The notes beneath the pieces are model-generated. The model did not search any database and had not been told where the DNA came from. It saw only the letters and a program-made list of their open reading frames with translations. This document shows, piece after piece, positions 28,311-32,000 of a stretch of 32,000 nt of DNA. The DNA is from Candidatus Jordarchaeales archaeon. Its GTDB lineage: Archaea; Asgardarchaeota; Jordiarchaeia; Jordiarchaeales; Freyrarchaeaceae. A program made the position numbers and the translations under genes. The stretch is from assembly GCA_038858525.1 (NCBI GenBank), contig JAWCFL010000017.1:8502-40501 (forward strand), in the 5' to 3' direction. Positions within the stretch are counted from its first letter, which is position 1, and every line of letters begins with the position of its first letter.

Positions 28311-28458
28311 AAATTGCAAATCAAGCAGAAAGGCGTTCATATAAAGGGTCTCACTCCGTGATTACAGTAACTTTTATCTTTACGGTGTTGTCGCTGAACT
28401 ACGTTACTCTATTAACAAGTTAGCCGTTAATGTTTTGAGAGAATATTTATATTTCTCT

Positions 28459-28482
28459 TTTTTCTAAAAAAAATTAGAAAAA
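28459..28482. promoter_or_regulatory. Perfect 9-bp inverted repeat between TATA box and ATG (candidate operator)
   Basis: TTTTTCTAA-AAAAAA-TTAGAAAAA ends on the A of the start codon; TTTATATT lies at 28446-28453. Confidence 0.4.
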
Positions 28483-29594
28483 TGTCTTCGAGAGTTTCGG
28501 AGCGTGTGAAGTTGCCTCTTGGGATGATCGTAGTTCGGTGGGATAACCGTCTCGGGGCCGTGCTGGAAGCGAAACACCCACCTCAGCTCAGAGTAACAGA
28601 GGACCAGATTATGAAGATCTATACTGCTCACGCCATGTCTATTGGGGAAGCGCCCGCAGGTTTTCTCTCGCTCAGGGTGGGAGAACTAAACGTTGCATCC
28701 TACTATGGTGGATGGGACATAAATTACTACGTGGCGCTCCTTTTAAACCCGGACGAAGAAGCGGACATCTACGAGGACGGATTAGCTGAAGTCGCGTCTC
28801 ACATCTTTTCCAAGCTTGAAGATGACGCCTATAAGGAAGACCTTGAGATGCTTTTCAATAAGCTTACGCGATTCCCCTCATTAACCGAAGAGCAGAAAAT
28901 GGCCGTGGTCCTATCTGACCCTCTCAGAATGTCCCTCTTTGAGAGAATGACTGAAGAAGGAAGCTCAACACTCTCAGATCTCGAAGTTTGGTTAAAGCAT
29001 AAATTCGAGCTTAAATCCGTAGAACTTCACTCTCTCCTCACTCCTCTAGTCAAGAACGGGCTAATAACCCTTCGGTGGGTGGAAGGTCTCCCCAGTCAGT
29101 GTGCCTTCCTTGTCAGGGACGTCTTCATAGCGAGGGTTCCAGCGCGAGCCATAGTCAAAAAAGCCCAATCAGGCGAGTGGGGGGCTGAAGCTTCATCCGA
29201 CTACCTTGACGAAGTAAAAGACTTCTTCAGAAACTACGCGGTTTCACCTGAAGACGTGGAAAACATAACTAAAATCCTTGCTGACCCTGACGTGTACGAC
29301 GTTCTAGTGCTCCTCAGAGAGGACGTTTACACCATAGACAAGTTAGCGGAGCGCCTCGAAAAAAAGAAGTCCGACATTACTCACATAGTAAAGCAATTAA
29401 AAGACTTAGACTTCGTGACGGAAGTAACAATAAACGGCGAAAAGCATGTCGCCCTCAAAACGGACGCCAAAGTAATAACATTCTTCCCTGAATACATGGT
29501 CGACCAGATAGCTCTCCAGTACAACGACCAGATAAAACCACCAAGAATGCTCTTATGGCATCTCAAAGCATTACGTGACAGCTACTTTATGTAA
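28482..29594 (+). CDS. Longin/uDENN-like domain + two winged-helix domains (NPRL2-like architecture)
   Basis: N-terminal MIVVRWDNRLGAVLEAKHP resembles the uDENN/NPRL2 beta1-beta2 motif. Two wHTH-like units: LSDPLRMSLFERM..L..L..LVKNGLI and LADPDVYDVLVLL..LAERL..I..L.DLDFV. Confidence 0.6.
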   Translation: MSSRVSERVKLPLGMIVVRWDNRLGAVLEAKHPPQLRVTEDQIMKIYTAHAMSIGEAPAGFLSLRVGELNVASYYGGWDINYYVALLLNPDEEADIYEDGLAEVASHIFSKLEDDAYKEDLEMLFNKLTRFPSLTEEQKMAVVLSDPLRMSLFERMTEEGSSTLSDLEVWLKHKFELKSVELHSLLTPLVKNGLITLRWVEGLPSQCAFLVRDVFIARVPARAIVKKAQSGEWGAEASSDYLDEVKDFFRNYAVSPEDVENITKILADPDVYDVLVLLREDVYTIDKLAERLEKKKSDITHIVKQLKDLDFVTEVTINGEKHVALKTDAKVITFFPEYMVDQIALQYNDQIKPPRMLLWHLKALRDSYFM

Positions 29595-29629
29595 CCTCTC
29601 CTCAAAAAACTATTTTCGGGAGATCCGCT

Positions 29630-30484
29630 GTGATAAGAAACATTGAAATCCTCGATTCAAATGGCAGATTAATGTTCATGAAAAAGTATGGAGTAAGCGG
29701 CATATCAGATGAGGTCTTCGACGACTTCATAGTAAACCTTGCGAAAACAATATCCCGAGCGAACCTGGATGGGGCAGTCGAGTACATGAACCTTAAGAGG
29801 ACACGCCTATATTATAGTAACGTAGACAAAATGGTCTTCATTTTTGAAGCAGACAAAAACGATGACCTCAATGAGATGAAAACAAAAATGAGAAACATAA
29901 TCCACCAGTTTACAGCAGACTACAGCGGCGTAATACAAAACTGGAATGGAGCCTCGTCAGCCTTCGAGTCCTTTAACGAAAAGGTAGACGAGCTAACCAC
30001 AACTCTCCTGAAGCTCTCCCTTATAGGCTTCAGTGGAGTAGGAAAAACCACTATACTCAAACTGGTCAGAGAAGAAGAACTGCCAAGAGAACATATACCA
30101 ACCATAGGAGTAGGCATAAAAGGCGTTAAAGGAGCCATGATAGGAAACACCCAGCTCGTATGTTGGGACCTCGCAGGGCAGGAAAGATTCAAAATGACGT
30201 GGGACAAATTTATTAAAGCCTCATCCCTAATAGTGATAGTTACGGATTCAACGCTGGAAAACGCGGTGAAGTCACGCTTCTTCGTAAGACTCATAAAAGA
30301 AGAAGAGCCAGAAGCAAACGTAGTAGCACTAGCCAACAAGCAAGACCTTCCAAACGCCCTTCCCCCAGAAAAAGTAGAAGAAATACTTGGAGTAAAAACA
30401 TATGGCTTCGTAGCAATAGACCCAATGAATAGGTCAAAGTTCTTCGAAATAATTAGAAGTACGGTCATGGGAATAACTGGATAG
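29630..30484 (+). CDS. Longin-domain / Arf-like small GTPase fusion
   Basis: N-terminal MIRNIEILDSNGRLMF (sigma-adaptin/sedlin-like longin start). G1 GFSGVGKT, G2 PTIG, G3 WDLAGQ, G4 NKQD. Confidence 0.85.
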   Translation: MIRNIEILDSNGRLMFMKKYGVSGISDEVFDDFIVNLAKTISRANLDGAVEYMNLKRTRLYYSNVDKMVFIFEADKNDDLNEMKTKMRNIIHQFTADYSGVIQNWNGASSAFESFNEKVDELTTTLLKLSLIGFSGVGKTTILKLVREEELPREHIPTIGVGIKGVKGAMIGNTQLVCWDLAGQERFKMTWDKFIKASSLIVIVTDSTLENAVKSRFFVRLIKEEEPEANVVALANKQDLPNALPPEKVEEILGVKTYGFVAIDPMNRSKFFEIIRSTVMGITG

Positions 30485-30503
30485 GATGGGAGGGATAATA
30501 AAA

Positions 30504-30824
30504 ATGGGGCTAATGGAAAAAGTAAAAGTTTTCCTGAAAAGACTCACTGGTGCACCCCCACCAATACCAAAACCACCAATAACTGCAGAGGAAGAAGAAG
30601 AGATAAATAACTTAAAAAAAGCACTAGAGGAACTTAAAGCCAAAAAAGAAGAAATTAACTTGGAACTTAAAAAACTGGACGCTGATTTCTTGCTCGGAAA
30701 AATTGACGCAAGAAAAAGGGACCAAAACTACATAAAGCTAATGCGAGAAACAATGAAAATAAACAGAGAAATCGCTACAATCCGCCAAAGAATAATAAGC
30801 CTCGGAGGAGTAATAGAAATATAA
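30504..30824 (+). CDS. Small coiled-coil protein with ESCRT-I steadiness-box-like helical hairpin
   Basis: Basic amphipathic N-terminal helix, APPPIPKPP, coiled coil, then INLELKKLDADFLLGKID...YIKLMRE. ATG at 30504 follows GGAGG. Confidence 0.55.
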   Translation: MGLMEKVKVFLKRLTGAPPPIPKPPITAEEEEEINNLKKALEELKAKKEEINLELKKLDADFLLGKIDARKRDQNYIKLMRETMKINREIATIRQRIISLGGVIEI

Positions 30825-30894
30825 AAAAAGACTTCATAACGGAACTTACTGCGCAGATAGTCCTCCAAAGAACGATTCCAATAGCTACTAGGAA

Positions 30895-30923
30895 TTTTTT
30901 CTTTCTCACTTTTCTGTTTCTTT
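30895..30923 (+). terminator. Candidate U-rich archaeal terminator of the 28482-30824 unit
   Basis: TTTTTTCTTTCTCACTTTTCTGTTTCTTT about 70 nt after the stop. Confidence 0.35.
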
Positions 30924-31292
30924 AAATTTCCCTCAGTAACTCAATTTATAGTAGACCTTTAGAAACTTCAAGTTTTGACTACAAATCTAAGCTGGATCGC
31001 TTAGGTTTTTGTTTGTCTTAAATACCTAGGAGCATCAATTATGCCCGTATATACTAGTGATTTAAAAGCTTTAAGTGGATGAGTATTTTTCAAAGTGCGA
31101 ATATGTTTTTGAAGGAGATTAGATAAGTGTAAATTGTGTTGAGCGTGCTGAAAAGGGGGAATACGAAAGCTCGTTCACTTTGAAAGCTTGCATGAAAAGA
31201 GAAAAACATGGGTTAAAACATATTAATTGCAAAGCAGTGGAGAACTAAAACTGAAACAAAAACATAGAGAAAAGGAAGGGGGCTTGCAAGAA

Positions 31293-31847
31293 TCACTCCC
31301 TTATAATTCCTTTCTCCGTTAGAACCTCCATCACCCTATCCACAGCCACAAAGATATCCTCTTCGCGTTTAGCACCAGTTATAACCGCCTTCCCCGACCC
31401 GAAAAGCAAAATAACTACCTTAGGATTATGCATGCGGTAGATCAGGCCGGGGAACTGCTCCGGCTCATAAAGTGTATTTTCTAGAAGGAAGGCTGCTTCT
31501 TCAAGGTTTAATTCGACGCCTAAGTTGGCTGATGCCACTATGTTTTGCACTTGGATAATCGGCTCGTTTTTTATGTCTATTCCTACCTCTCTAAGGCTTT
31601 CAACGATTTTCTTGACGGCTTTTACAGCGTCTTTCTCCGACTTGCTACCTGTACAAACCATTTTTCCTGAGTTAAATATTAGCGTTGCCGTTTTGGGCTG
31701 TTCAAGCCTCAGGACGAGTCCAGGGAACTGGTCCGGGTCAAACTCGGTGTTCGGCAGCCTTTCAGCTATCAAGTTCAAGTCTAATCTTTGATTCAGGATG
31801 ACGGAGGCTACGACGTTTTCAATGTGTATTGATTTTGCCTTCGGCAT
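31293..31847 (-). CDS. tbp: TATA-box-binding protein
   Basis: Two repeats: ENVVAS..F(D/E)P(D/E)QFPGL..R...PK...LIF.SGK.V.TG.K and QNIVAS. Confidence 0.98.
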   Translation of the reverse strand: MPKAKSIHIENVVASVILNQRLDLNLIAERLPNTEFDPDQFPGLVLRLEQPKTATLIFNSGKMVCTGSKSEKDAVKAVKKIVESLREVGIDIKNEPIIQVQNIVASANLGVELNLEEAAFLLENTLYEPEQFPGLIYRMHNPKVVILLFGSGKAVITGAKREEDIFVAVDRVMEVLTEKGIIRE

Positions 31848-31873
31848 TCCTCCCCGCCTCTTCTTATGAGGAG

Positions 31874-31890
31874 TTATATATAATATATAA
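31874..31890. promoter_or_regulatory. Palindromic TATA element upstream of tbp
   Basis: TTATATAT-A-ATATATAA, 27-43 nt upstream of the tbp ATG, which has a GGGGAGGA SD. Confidence 0.5.
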
Positions 31891-32000
31891 ACATTTTTTA
31901 TTTTTCTTTTAGGTGGTGCTGATCTTCTCGTTTTGGTTTTGTAGGAGTTTCTGAATCGAGTTGTTTTTATATGTTTTCCTTTTTCATGGACGTTCAGTCC

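Noticed and set aside
30825-31292. 470-bp AT-rich convergent gap as origin, MITE or small gene; hairpin CTAAGC-N6-GCTTAG at 30987-31004
   Set aside because: No ORB-like boxes, terminal inverted repeats or convincing ORF were seen. U-tracts on each strand account for its ends, and one 6-bp hairpin is expected by chance.

Overview
Gene-dense archaeal chromosomal window with no mobile element, CRISPR array or rRNA. By inference it comes from an Asgard archaeon: it has a longin-fused small GTPase, a longin/uDENN-wHTH protein, a steadiness-box-like protein and SepCysE+SepCysS. A thermophilic Jordarchaeia/Freyarchaeia-type lineage is plausible but cannot be proven from this sequence. Housekeeping genes: pscS, gap, pyrD/pyrK/pyrE, nop5-flpA-DUF61, uppS, tbp, an aminotransferase, an AsnB-like protein, an SPFH protein, a corrinoid protein and a dolichol/phytol-type kinase. 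The ORF track misses two features. (1) A tRNA-Cys(GCA) at 4507-4668 that I reconstruct with FOUR bulge-helix-bulge introns (15/16, 23/24, 37/38, 59/60) and a 7-nt micro-exon, directly upstream of sepCysE-pscS. (2) A >=646-aa GCS2-family ligase with C-terminal Ig-like domains running off the left edge. Other highlights are a three-gene module at 28482-30824 (NPRL2-like longin-wHTH-wHTH protein, longin-Arf-like GTPase, mini ESCRT-I steadiness-box-like protein) and an 847-aa fusion of a catalytically dead amidohydrolase, a Cdc48-N domain and a vWA domain. All family assignments are motif recognition by eye; no database searches were run.
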